Origin: Oculatellaceae cyanobacterium bins.114
GTDB taxonomy: Bacteria; Cyanobacteriota; Cyanobacteriia; Elainellales; Elainellaceae
Direction of reading: 5' to 3'
Length of the DNA stretch: 20,915 bases
Assembly (NCBI GenBank): GCA_033764315.1
Contig: JANRJA010000246.1
Location: 1-20,915 of the forward strand
Part shown: piece by piece, positions 9,880 to 18,322 of the stretch
Layout: every line of letters starts with the position of its first letter
Position numbering within the stretch: position 1 is the stretch's first letter
Translations under genes and position numbers: made by a program
The notes under the pieces: model-generated
The model's database searches: none
What the model was told of the DNA's origin: nothing
Seen by the model: only the letters and a program-made list of their open reading frames with translations

Positions 9880-10233
9880 TCATAATGGAAGTCCTTTAGG
9901 AGACTGACCTGTTAAGACAGCATTCAGCGATCGCAAATTTAACCAAACTGAGTAAGTGGCTTTAGAAACGGTTATGCAAACTTGAATCTCACTTAAGGTC
10001 TGTTCGCAAGCGACATCAGACGCTTTTAGGCGATCTTCAATGGGATAAGACTGAAATAATGTGTAAAGTTCAACCCCGTACTGCATTCCAAAACGCAACT
10101 TAACATCCCAATAGGTGAATCTAGAGACCAGGCTCTCATGCACCATAAAGGGCAAATCACCCAGAAGCAATGTTGGTGCTGACTCTACGTCAGGTGTTGA
10201 CTCTACATCAATGGTTGAAGATACAAGGGTCAT
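9880..10233 (-). CDS. Small hypothetical protein (117 aa from ATG 10233; the track's GTG start at 10296 gives 138 aa)
   Basis: Co-oriented with the cluster and fills the gap between receiver and EAL genes. The C-terminal ~75 aa (RFTYW...GMQYGVELY...R..A...CITVS...YSVWLNLR) looks like a folded domain. Start uncertain. Confidence 0.65.
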   Translation of the reverse strand: MTLVSSTIDVESTPDVESAPTLLLGDLPFMVHESLVSRFTYWDVKLRFGMQYGVELYTLFQSYPIEDRLKASDVACEQTLSEIQVCITVSKATYSVWLNLRSLNAVLTGQSPKGLPL

Positions 10234-10390
10234 GTCAGGGATTGAGAACAAGCAATAACTCAATCCTAAAGATGAAATGTGGCATTCCCGTGACAACCTT
10301 TCGGCTCGCCTGCTTCTCTACAGGTATTCCAGCCTAAATCTTGAATCAATTGATGATCTTCGGCACTTGTGTGGGCTTAGCTTGCTCTCA

Positions 10391-10771
10391 CTAAACCGTC
10401 CAATTTAATACTGTTTCAATCTGGTTTCCCAAAACACCGGGATCAAACGGTTTGATTAGAACTGCTTTAGCTCCCAATTCGTCATAGTATTGTTGAGATG
10501 CGACCTGCACCGTTGCAGTTAGCAATAGCACTGGTATATGTTGGGTGGCTGGGTTGAGATGCAAGTCTTTGAGGGTGGTCAACCCATCCATCTCTGGCAT
10601 GATAACGTCGAGCAAAATGGCGTCGGGCTGCTCTGTGACAGCGATCGCAATACCCTCTTTACCGGAGGCGGCTGTCAAAACATCCCACTGTTTTGTAATT
10701 TTGAGACTCATCCTGGCGATCTCGCGAATATCTGCCTCATCATCAATTACTAAAATGCGTTTGATATTCAT
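10391..10771 (-). CDS. Single-domain (CheY-like) response regulator
   Basis: 126 aa; RILVIDDE, PDAILLDVIMPEMDG (phospho-Asp), LLTA and IKPFD are all intact. Confidence 0.95.
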   Translation of the reverse strand: MNIKRILVIDDEADIREIARMSLKITKQWDVLTAASGKEGIAIAVTEQPDAILLDVIMPEMDGLTTLKDLHLNPATQHIPVLLLTATVQVASQQYYDELGAKAVLIKPFDPGVLGNQIETVLNWTV

Positions 10772-10816
10772 AAGATAGATTCAATCCAGAAAAAGGCATC
10801 GCCATCATTCAATCAG

Positions 10817-10834
10817 TATATAGCAGTCCTAAAT
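10817..10834 (+). repeat. Isolated terminus of a TATAGC-N2-TCCTAAAT small repeat element
   Basis: TATATAGCAGTCCTAAAT matches the termini at 12172, 12324 (reverse) and 20868. Confidence 0.55.
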
Positions 10835-10919
10835 TACACCCATTTAAACTGCAAGCCTTGCATATCACCCCACCGCGGCTCAACGGCTCGACTGAGCTTT
10901 GCCGAACGTCCCCTGAGGC

Positions 10920-10949
10920 GATGCGTTACGCTGCGCTAACACATCCTAC
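10920..10949 (-). repeat. REP-like GTAG-palindrome
   Basis: Minus strand reads GTAG-GATGTGTTA-GCGCAGCG-TAACGCATC: a GTAG tetranucleotide followed by an imperfect hairpin, in an intergenic position. Confidence 0.6.
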
Positions 10950-11008
10950 TCAAGCATTCGGAGTTATTAAATCCATGACCCTATACGACTTTAGAAAGAG
11001 TCGAGGGA

Positions 11009-12136
11009 TTAAGACCAGGGCAGTTGCAGTGTAAAACAGGTCATGCGATCGCCACTCGTTACTTGAATTGTGCCACCCATTTGCTTGACCAGTTGCCACA
11101 CTAACGATAATCCTAACCCCGTACCATTGTGTCGCCAGGGGTCATGATTGGGAATACGGTAAAACTTGTCAAAGATGCGAGACCGTTCCTCAGGTGGAAT
11201 CTCAACGCCGGAGTTGCGAATGTGGAGCAGGATGTGTGAGGCATTTGCCTCGCTAGACACCATGATCTCTTGATTGACAGGAGTATATTTCAAGGCATTG
11301 TTCAATAGTTCTGTGACAATGCGGCTCAAACTGTTTACGTCAGTTGTTAACGCTGGCAAATTGGGGGAAAGCTTGACTGTCAACCGTTGGTGGTGGGTTT
11401 GAAACTGAAGTTCATAGGATTCCAGGAGGTGAAGCACCCACTCGTTCAGGTCTAGGGGTACGAGCTTTGGGGGATGAGCACCTGCTTCTAAATGTTGTAG
11501 GTCTAACAGGTCTTGAATCAAACTAATTTCTCGTTCGCACTCCTCCTGTAAAATCTTGAAATATTGCATAATACGGTTGTTTTCGGGTTCAGTTCCCGCC
11601 ACTTGGTCTAGAAAAGTCTGCCCTTGCTCAGTCGCCAACATCAGCAGTTGTAGCACCATACGCATATTGGCAACAGGCGTGCGTAACTCGTGGGAAATAG
11701 TGCTTAAAAAGTCATTTTTAAGCTGATCTAACAAGTCTGACCATTGGCGTTGCTTTTGTTGCAAGATGAGTTGATTATTAATGCGAGCTACCACTTCTCC
11801 AATTTGAAAGGGTTTAGTAATGTAGTCTACCCCACCCATATCAAATGCTTTGATTTTGTCTGACACTTCATCTAAGGCACTTAAAAAAATGATGGGAATC
11901 TCTCGTGTTTGTGGAGCCAGTTTAAGCGCGGTACACACTGTATATCCATCCATTTCAGGCATCAAAATATCTAGCAAGATGAGATCAGGCGGTTGTGCGG
12001 CGATCGCCCTTAAAGCCATTGACCCACTTGGAGCCTGTCTAACCCGATAGCCTTTCCCTTGCAAAATCTTTGAGAGTGCTCGGAGATTGTCTAACTGATC
12101 ATCAATAACCAGGATATTTGCAGTGCTGTTTGACAT
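11009..12136 (-). CDS. REC-HisKA-HATPase hybrid histidine kinase
   Basis: 375 aa; REC (LLDILMP...ITKPF), H-box STISHELRTPV, N-box ELLNNALKY, variant G1 NSGVEI, F-box IFDKFYR, G2 GTGLGL. Confidence 0.93.
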   Translation of the reverse strand: MSNSTANILVIDDQLDNLRALSKILQGKGYRVRQAPSGSMALRAIAAQPPDLILLDILMPEMDGYTVCTALKLAPQTREIPIIFLSALDEVSDKIKAFDMGGVDYITKPFQIGEVVARINNQLILQQKQRQWSDLLDQLKNDFLSTISHELRTPVANMRMVLQLLMLATEQGQTFLDQVAGTEPENNRIMQYFKILQEECEREISLIQDLLDLQHLEAGAHPPKLVPLDLNEWVLHLLESYELQFQTHHQRLTVKLSPNLPALTTDVNSLSRIVTELLNNALKYTPVNQEIMVSSEANASHILLHIRNSGVEIPPEERSRIFDKFYRIPNHDPWRHNGTGLGLSLVWQLVKQMGGTIQVTSGDRMTCFTLQLPWS

Positions 12137-12171
12137 TGATGTATTTACTATGGGGAGATCAGGCTACGTAG

Positions 12172-12324
12172 ATAGCAATCCTATTTGGTTCGTGAAAAAG
12201 CTTAGGAGTATGGTCATCTGTCAATCATCCTTTGTCAATCGTCCTTAACCTTTAGTCCCTGTTACATGCCAATGACCCATGATCAATCACAGAGCAATTT
12301 TTACAAATGATTTAGGACGGCTAT
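12172..12324. mobile_element. 153-bp MITE-like element with imperfect terminal inverted repeats
   Basis: Left end ATAGCAATCCTATTTGGTTCGTGAAAA versus reverse complement of right end ATAGCCGTCCTAAATCATTTGTAAAAA: 19/27 identical. Interior has short GTCAATC/AATGACC-type repeats. Non-coding. Confidence 0.6.
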
Positions 12325-12372
12325 GGATACAAATCACCTCGATTGCTCTACTCATAAATGGCTGGGCGATCG

Positions 12373-15300
12373 CTAACTAGAGGATTGGCTGAGATATATG
12401 ATGATTTCAAAATCATAGTTATAAACCAGTTGCTTTAAATCGTTGATCAGTGCGGTATGGTGGGCTGGAATTTGGTCAATCAAGCTCTCAACCTCCTCAG
12501 AGGAGCAGTTGAGAGCAGTTTTGTAGAGTGCTGCGATCCACTCAGGGGGCATGACTTGAAGTGATTCTGGCTTTAGGGCTTTTCGTCTGTTGCTGGAGCC
12601 GATTTCAACTACATTTGAAGGGGCAGAGTCGGCATACTGGCATTGCAGATCTAGATGGGTGGCCAACTGTTGAAAAATAAGGGTTGTCTTTAGAGGTTTA
12701 GCCATAAAGTCAGTAAACCCAGCGGCAAGAGCGCGATCGCGCTCTTCTTGATAAGCCTGGGCTGTCAACGCAATAATGGGAACGGGTACTGGAGGGACGG
12801 GGTCGTTCTCTGCTATTCTTCCACTCTCCCACATTTTCTGGATGTCTTGCTCTTCTTGTCGAATCTGTTGCATGGCTTCATAGCCATCCATCCCAGCCAT
12901 ACGAATATCCATATAGATCAAATGAGGTCGCCAGTTCTGCCATTGTTGAATGGCTTCAACTCCACTAGCGGCTTCACGCACGTCTAGACCCACCTTGCGT
13001 AAAATGCTCACTAACACTTGTCGATTGGCGATTTGATCGTCTACCACCAAAATACGGAATTGGGATTGACCCAGAAGCAACCCATTGATCGGACGTTCAG
13101 CCGTAATAGAGGCAACTTGATCGGAGTTGCTCAGTTGCACCGGAACCCAAAAACTGAACAGACTGCCTTGACCAACCACACTATGAACTCGCAATGAACC
13201 CTCCATCAACTGCACGAACCGATCGCTGATTGCTAACCCCAGTCCTGTTCCTTCGGTTGAGCATTTACCGGCACTCGCTTGGGAAAATGCTTCAAAAATG
13301 GTGTCCAGTTCATCTGGAGCAATGCCCACCCCTGTATCTTCGACCTCAATGTAAAGGACAGAGGAGGTCGGAGAAAGCAGCGGAAAGAGGGTCTGGTTCG
13401 ATGGGTAATTGTCCGTTCGTTTACCCATCCACTCCCTGACTGGCTCACTCCCCCACTCTCCTGCGTTGACCCGCAACGTAATCATTCCTGCTTCGGTAAA
13501 TTTCACAGCGTTGCTGAGCAAATTGATCAGGATCTGCCGTAGTTTGTTGATATCGGCAACAATCCATTCAGGCAGGTTGGAGGGCATGTCTAGAATCAGG
13601 TTTAGCCCTTTTGAATTAGCCCGCAATTGAAACATTTCCCATAGGGCTGTGATTAAATTGGGTAGATTGAAGCGGTTTTCATTTAAGGTCAACCGTCCTG
13701 CTTCAATCTTGGACAGATCTAACACATCGTTAATCAGCGTTAGCAGGTGTTCACCGCTGCGATGAATCGACCGCAGGTATTCTGGGTATTCCGGCATCAG
13801 GGACAGGTCATAGTTCAACAGTTGGGTATACCCCAAAATCACATTGAGTGGGGTTCGCAGTTCATGGCTCATATTGGCTAGGAAGGCACTTTTTGCTCGG
13901 TTGGCCGCTTCGGCAGCTTCTTTTGCTTGTTGCAGTTCCTGTTCTGCCCGCTTGCGATCGCTGATATCGACGACCCGCACCAGATTAAACCGCTGTTCTC
14001 CAAAGATAATGGGCTTGGCAGAGATATCTCCCCAAAATTCTCGTCCCTGGCGAGTTATATATTCTATTTCCAGGTTCCAGAAGCCCTTTTGGTTAATTTC
14101 TTGTTGAATGGTGGCTAATTCATCAGTCGTAAATTGTCGCTTTTGCAGCGTGTGACCTTCAATATTCATCAAGTCAGCTTTGCTAGCCACCTCAAACATC
14201 TCTATGGCTTGTTGGTTGCAGTCTACTGTCAATAAAGTGTCACCATCGACTAGAAATAAAGCATCATTAGATTTGTCGAAAAGCAGCTCTCGAAAATCGC
14301 GGTTTTTGACGAGTTCCTGTTCTAAATGTTTGCGATCGGTGATATCTCTGGCGGCAGAATAAATTAAGTTGCCGACTGGGTAGGAACGCCATTCAATCCA
14401 GCGGTATGACCCATCGTGGCATCGATAACGGTTGACGAAGTTGGGCAATTCTTGTTGATTGACAAGAATTGCCATCGCGTTTAGAGTGCTCTCTAAATCC
14501 TCTGGATGAACGTAGTCCAGGAATCGGACTCCTTCAAGGTCTTCTAACCGATAGCCGAGGGTTTTTTCCCATTGGGGGTTGAGGCGCAGAAAGTAGCCAT
14601 CGATATTGGCAATGGAGAGCAGATCGAGGGCAACTGAGAAGAAGCGATCTAACTCCTCTGTTTTGGTTTGCAACACCAGTTCTGCCTGTTTGCGATCGTG
14701 AATATTAACAACAACGGCTATATGGGAGAGGATGTGATTGTGATTGTCCTCTTGGGTTAGGGTGGAAATGGTTACTTGGGTCCAAATATAGTGCCCCGCT
14801 TTGTGGCGATAGCGTTTTTCATGCAGAAAAAAGGGAATGTGCTGATTTAGAAATTGTTCGTATGATTGTTGGTGATTGACAATATCTTCAGGGTGAGTCA
14901 GATCCCAGGCTGTTAATTGCAAGAGTTCTGGGTTGGTATAACCCACCATGTCGCAAAACGCCTGATTTGCACTGATAAACTTACCGGATGAGTCCACCTG
15001 ATTAATCCCCACGGCTACCTGATTAAAGATGGCACGATAGCGATTTTCACTCGCTTGTAAGGCGGCTTCGGCTTGTTTGCGATCGGTAATATCTACTGAA
15101 AATGCGGTGACGACCCAACAATGTTGCGCTTCATCCCAGCGGGAATTGTTGGTTTGCGAGATCCAGAGCAGGTTGCCATTTCTATGATAAAAACGATATT
15201 CATAGGTTTTGGTTGTCTCTGCAAAGATGTTGGCAAACAGTTGGGGGGCGATCGCCTGCCAATCGTCGGGTTCAATGCGCTCGATCCAAAGGGTATTGTT

Positions 15301-17598
15301 GAGCGTCAGTTCGTCGGGAGGGTAACCCGATAAGACTTCACACCCTGCAGACACCTGATCAATTTGCCAGGTGTGATCTTGAAAGACTCGCAGACTGGTA
15401 ATCGCCGCACTCGCACTATTTAGAATGTCTCTTGTTTTTGTTTCAGAGCGTTGTAAGGCCGCTTCTAGCCGTTTGCGATCGCTAATATCGATTAAGACTC
15501 CTAATACACAGTCTTGATCGTCTAGACGAATGGTAACTGCGGATAATAAAACTGTCTTTGCCTCGCCTGATTTTGTGCGAAACAAGGCTTCAAAATCACT
15601 GATGTTGCCAAATTGATGCAGCGTTTGTCTAAAGTGCTGCAAATCGTCTAGATCGTCCCATAGCCCCAACTCAACGCAGGTCTTGCCAACTACTTCAGGG
15701 AGAGAATGACCAAGAACCCGACTGAAACTGGTGTTTAGGTTTAAGCAAAGCCCCTCTGCCAGAGTGGCGATCCAAGCAGGTTGGGGGCTGTCTCGAAAAA
15801 TCGTTGAAAACTTAAGTTCAGATTGCCGCAAAGCGGCTTCGGCTTGTTTGCGATCGCTGACATCTAACAAAACCCCATACCAGGTGGTGCTGCCATCGGC
15901 ATGACGCAAGGGACGAGAACTGGATTCTAGCCATTTAAATTGACCAGAGGGAGTGATATTGCGAGTGACAAAGGTAAACGGCTCTAGCGTCTCGGCACTG
16001 TGAGCAATAGCTGCATTGAGGGCAGGGCGATCGTCAGGATGAATCAGATCTAAATCGACGTTGGCATCTGCAATAATTTGCTCTGGTTCCAGTTCCAAAA
16101 TATCTCGGCTACCCAAACTGACGTAGTCAAAGCCGTGGGAGCCATCGGCATACTGAGTATAGGTGTAGATCATACCCGGTACAGCCGCTGCTAGTTGTTG
16201 AAACCGGGCTTCACTCTGGCGGGCGGCTTCTGCTTCGACTTTGCTTTGAAATAGTTGCCGCAGTTGCTCTGCCATCTGGTTAAAGGATTGTGTCAAGCCT
16301 TGCAGTTCTGCGATCGCGCTATTGTTGGGCAACTGTTGCGTCAAATCACCGGCTGCTAATTTTTGACTGGCGCGATTGAGTTGAGCCATGCGAGCCGTAA
16401 AGCGATTAGCAATGGTTAACCCTGAGGCGATCGCGACTCCTAATGTCAGCAGACAGAGTAACCCTGTGGTGCGTGTATTCTGTTGAATTTCGGCTGTGAA
16501 ATCGGACTCTGGAATCGCTGTCACGATTAACCAATCTAATCCGTTGGCGTCGGTGTAGGGAGAGATGGTTAAAAAATAAGGATGACCCTGTAGTGAAAAG
16601 TGGGACGACTGGGGCGATCGCAAGGAGGCAAAATCACCAAAGGTCATCCTCATATACTCATAAGTGTCTTGAAGGGTTTGATTGGATAATTCATCGGGGA
16701 AACGCCGCTGAAAGGTCAGGTTTCCAGGGGCAGTGATTCCGTCTAAGTCAGGTTTGCCCGCTACAGAGTAAGAAACCTCGGTGGTTGAGTTAGCAATCAG
16801 TTGACCGCTGCGTTCAATAATAAAGATTTCCCCCGATCGTCCTACTTCTACATGCTTCAGAGAGTCACTCAGTTGATTGAGGCTAATATTAACTGCAAAG
16901 ACCGCTAATAATTGGTCTTCTTGGTTATACAAGGGAGTGTAAGCATTAAGAGCTAAAAGATTGGTGCTACCGATTTGAAAGGGTTGAGTCCACCCGGATG
17001 TTCGGGTTGCAACGGCTTGACGATACCAGGGGCGATCGCGCACATCAATATTTTCGAGCGTTTCTAAATGACGTCCTAACTCTCCGGACTCATTAACGCC
17101 ATAGGTTTGGTTGATAGCAGGATTAGATGCGGTTGACACAGCCGCTTCAAATGGCAATTCCCAGGGTTGTAACTGCGTCGTTACCCCATAATCTTGAGGG
17201 CTGACATGGTGACTGACCCTCAAATCTCCCTGGGGAGTTCCAACTAAAAGAGTTGTCAGATCTTCTGTTTGTCGATGTTGCAAGATTAAATATCGATGCA
17301 GTTGATCGAGGTTTTGTAGGTCAATGGCTCCTGAGGCGATCGCTGTAATTTGACGCTGATTAAATTCATGAGCACTCTGCAAATAATGGTCAAGCTTTTG
17401 ACAGACTTGTTGTCCTGCATTTTCCAGGAGTTGAGTGGCAATTTTCTCTACTGCCCGCTGCCCACTGCGGTAAGACAGATAGCCGACTACCGCCACGGCT
17501 CCTACCGTTTGCAATACAAAAGGCACCACCAAGACTAGATGTAGTGGAATAGTTGAGCCGAAACGAGCCGGTCGGCGAAAAAATGGGTGGGGTGTCAT
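12373..17598 (-). CDS. Membrane hybrid histidine kinase (TM-Cache-TM-HAMP-6xPAS-HisKA-HATPase-REC)
   Basis: 1741 aa; Cache motif DVRDRPWY, HAMP, six PAS/PAC units ending in DRK, H-box [13 protein letters not shown]-box NLLSNAVKFT, G1 DTGVGI, G2 GTGLGL, REC (IYMDIRM...MAKP). Confidence 0.95.
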   Translation of the reverse strand: MTPHPFFRRPARFGSTIPLHLVLVVPFVLQTVGAVAVVGYLSYRSGQRAVEKIATQLLENAGQQVCQKLDHYLQSAHEFNQRQITAIASGAIDLQNLDQLHRYLILQHRQTEDLTTLLVGTPQGDLRVSHHVSPQDYGVTTQLQPWELPFEAAVSTASNPAINQTYGVNESGELGRHLETLENIDVRDRPWYRQAVATRTSGWTQPFQIGSTNLLALNAYTPLYNQEDQLLAVFAVNISLNQLSDSLKHVEVGRSGEIFIIERSGQLIANSTTEVSYSVAGKPDLDGITAPGNLTFQRRFPDELSNQTLQDTYEYMRMTFGDFASLRSPQSSHFSLQGHPYFLTISPYTDANGLDWLIVTAIPESDFTAEIQQNTRTTGLLCLLTLGVAIASGLTIANRFTARMAQLNRASQKLAAGDLTQQLPNNSAIAELQGLTQSFNQMAEQLRQLFQSKVEAEAARQSEARFQQLAAAVPGMIYTYTQYADGSHGFDYVSLGSRDILELEPEQIIADANVDLDLIHPDDRPALNAAIAHSAETLEPFTFVTRNITPSGQFKWLESSSRPLRHADGSTTWYGVLLDVSDRKQAEAALRQSELKFSTIFRDSPQPAWIATLAEGLCLNLNTSFSRVLGHSLPEVVGKTCVELGLWDDLDDLQHFRQTLHQFGNISDFEALFRTKSGEAKTVLLSAVTIRLDDQDCVLGVLIDISDRKRLEAALQRSETKTRDILNSASAAITSLRVFQDHTWQIDQVSAGCEVLSGYPPDELTLNNTLWIERIEPDDWQAIAPQLFANIFAETTKTYEYRFYHRNGNLLWISQTNNSRWDEAQHCWVVTAFSVDITDRKQAEAALQASENRYRAIFNQVAVGINQVDSSGKFISANQAFCDMVGYTNPELLQLTAWDLTHPEDIVNHQQSYEQFLNQHIPFFLHEKRYRHKAGHYIWTQVTISTLTQEDNHNHILSHIAVVVNIHDRKQAELVLQTKTEELDRFFSVALDLLSIANIDGYFLRLNPQWEKTLGYRLEDLEGVRFLDYVHPEDLESTLNAMAILVNQQELPNFVNRYRCHDGSYRWIEWRSYPVGNLIYSAARDITDRKHLEQELVKNRDFRELLFDKSNDALFLVDGDTLLTVDCNQQAIEMFEVASKADLMNIEGHTLQKRQFTTDELATIQQEINQKGFWNLEIEYITRQGREFWGDISAKPIIFGEQRFNLVRVVDISDRKRAEQELQQAKEAAEAANRAKSAFLANMSHELRTPLNVILGYTQLLNYDLSLMPEYPEYLRSIHRSGEHLLTLINDVLDLSKIEAGRLTLNENRFNLPNLITALWEMFQLRANSKGLNLILDMPSNLPEWIVADINKLRQILINLLSNAVKFTEAGMITLRVNAGEWGSEPVREWMGKRTDNYPSNQTLFPLLSPTSSVLYIEVEDTGVGIAPDELDTIFEAFSQASAGKCSTEGTGLGLAISDRFVQLMEGSLRVHSVVGQGSLFSFWVPVQLSNSDQVASITAERPINGLLLGQSQFRILVVDDQIANRQVLVSILRKVGLDVREAASGVEAIQQWQNWRPHLIYMDIRMAGMDGYEAMQQIRQEEQDIQKMWESGRIAENDPVPPVPVPIIALTAQAYQEERDRALAAGFTDFMAKPLKTTLIFQQLATHLDLQCQYADSAPSNVVEIGSSNRRKALKPESLQVMPPEWIAALYKTALNCSSEEVESLIDQIPAHHTALINDLKQLVYNYDFEIIIYLSQSSS

Positions 17599-18054
17599 AG
17601 CTTAATATATTAAGAATATATTATGACCTGGAAGTTTTTAAGTCGTCGGTAGAGTACCCCAAGTATTAAATCACCAGTAAAGTCTTGACAAAGTTTTTTT
17701 AGAAACTTGATTTCACAAAGAGTGAATCGAGGGGAGTGACAATAATTAGATATTTTGGTTGATGGAATGACGAAATCACGAGACTTTCGCGCCCTCACTT
17801 CTGCTTGTCACCCTGCCTTTCCCAGTACCACCAGGTATATAATCGACTCCACCCTACCTCATACAAAATTTATTTTGTAAAAAGAAATACTGTTTGTTTT
17901 GAAGAGTTTAGAAAATGGCTTGATCTTGTCTTAAAAGTAGACTCATGTCCTTTATTTGAGTCTACTAAAGAGATGGATGATTCTCGTTTAAGACATATTG
18001 ACGACACTCTCCCCCTGTCCCCCTCCGACTCGGCTACTGTGCATACAGAGTGGT

Positions 18055-18310
18055 GTCGATCAAAATCAAACTGTTTTTTCAAGACCGAGTCCGCTTAGAC
18101 TTTGTCACCAGCTTTACGGGATCAAATGCTTTAAGCGTTCGCTTTGAAGCAGGTAATGCAGACACGTTTGCTGAACTCGATCAAGGTGAGTTTACCTACA
18201 ACTTCCTCAACACCAATAACGAGGTTGTCATAGGGTGGTTAGCTTACACTTTCTCTGCTGGTGACTTTAGTTTCTACATCGCTCCTGCATTACCTTTTTG
18301 GCAAGACTTT
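18055..18310 (+). pseudogene. Internal fragment of a cyanobacterial SomA/OprB-like outer-membrane porin gene, frameshifted
   Basis: Removing one T from the T6 run at 18074-18079 gives VDQNQTVFQDRVRLDFVTSFTGSNALSVRFEAGNA...NNEVVIGWLAYTFSAGD...FWQDF. This matches, from memory, the porin motif TVFQDRVRL-x-F-x-TSFTG-x-D-x-L-x2-R-x2-AGN. No signal peptide, SLH domain or C-terminal barrel strands are present. Confidence 0.7.
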
Positions 18311-18322
18311 CCGGTTCTAGGG

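Noticed and set aside
13940..15865. Recurring TTTGCGATCG(C/G) DNA motif as a repeat array
   Set aside because: It encodes the DRK end of each PAS/PAC unit (often overlapping HIP1), with domain-sized spacing; not CRISPR-like.
13950..16220. PAS domains as LOV blue-light sensors
   Set aside because: No GxNCRFLQ motif in any PAS domain.
520..17538. Many 60-90 aa ORFs on the plus strand or in alternative minus frames within the kinase genes
   Set aside because: They lie wholly inside long genes with clear domain motifs and have no recognisable features; shadow ORFs.
17610..18098. ORFs 17610-17798, 17805-18098 and 17870-18082 as real genes
   Set aside because: Non-ATG starts, mutual overlaps and no motifs; probably the promoter region of the 1741 aa gene plus decayed sequence.
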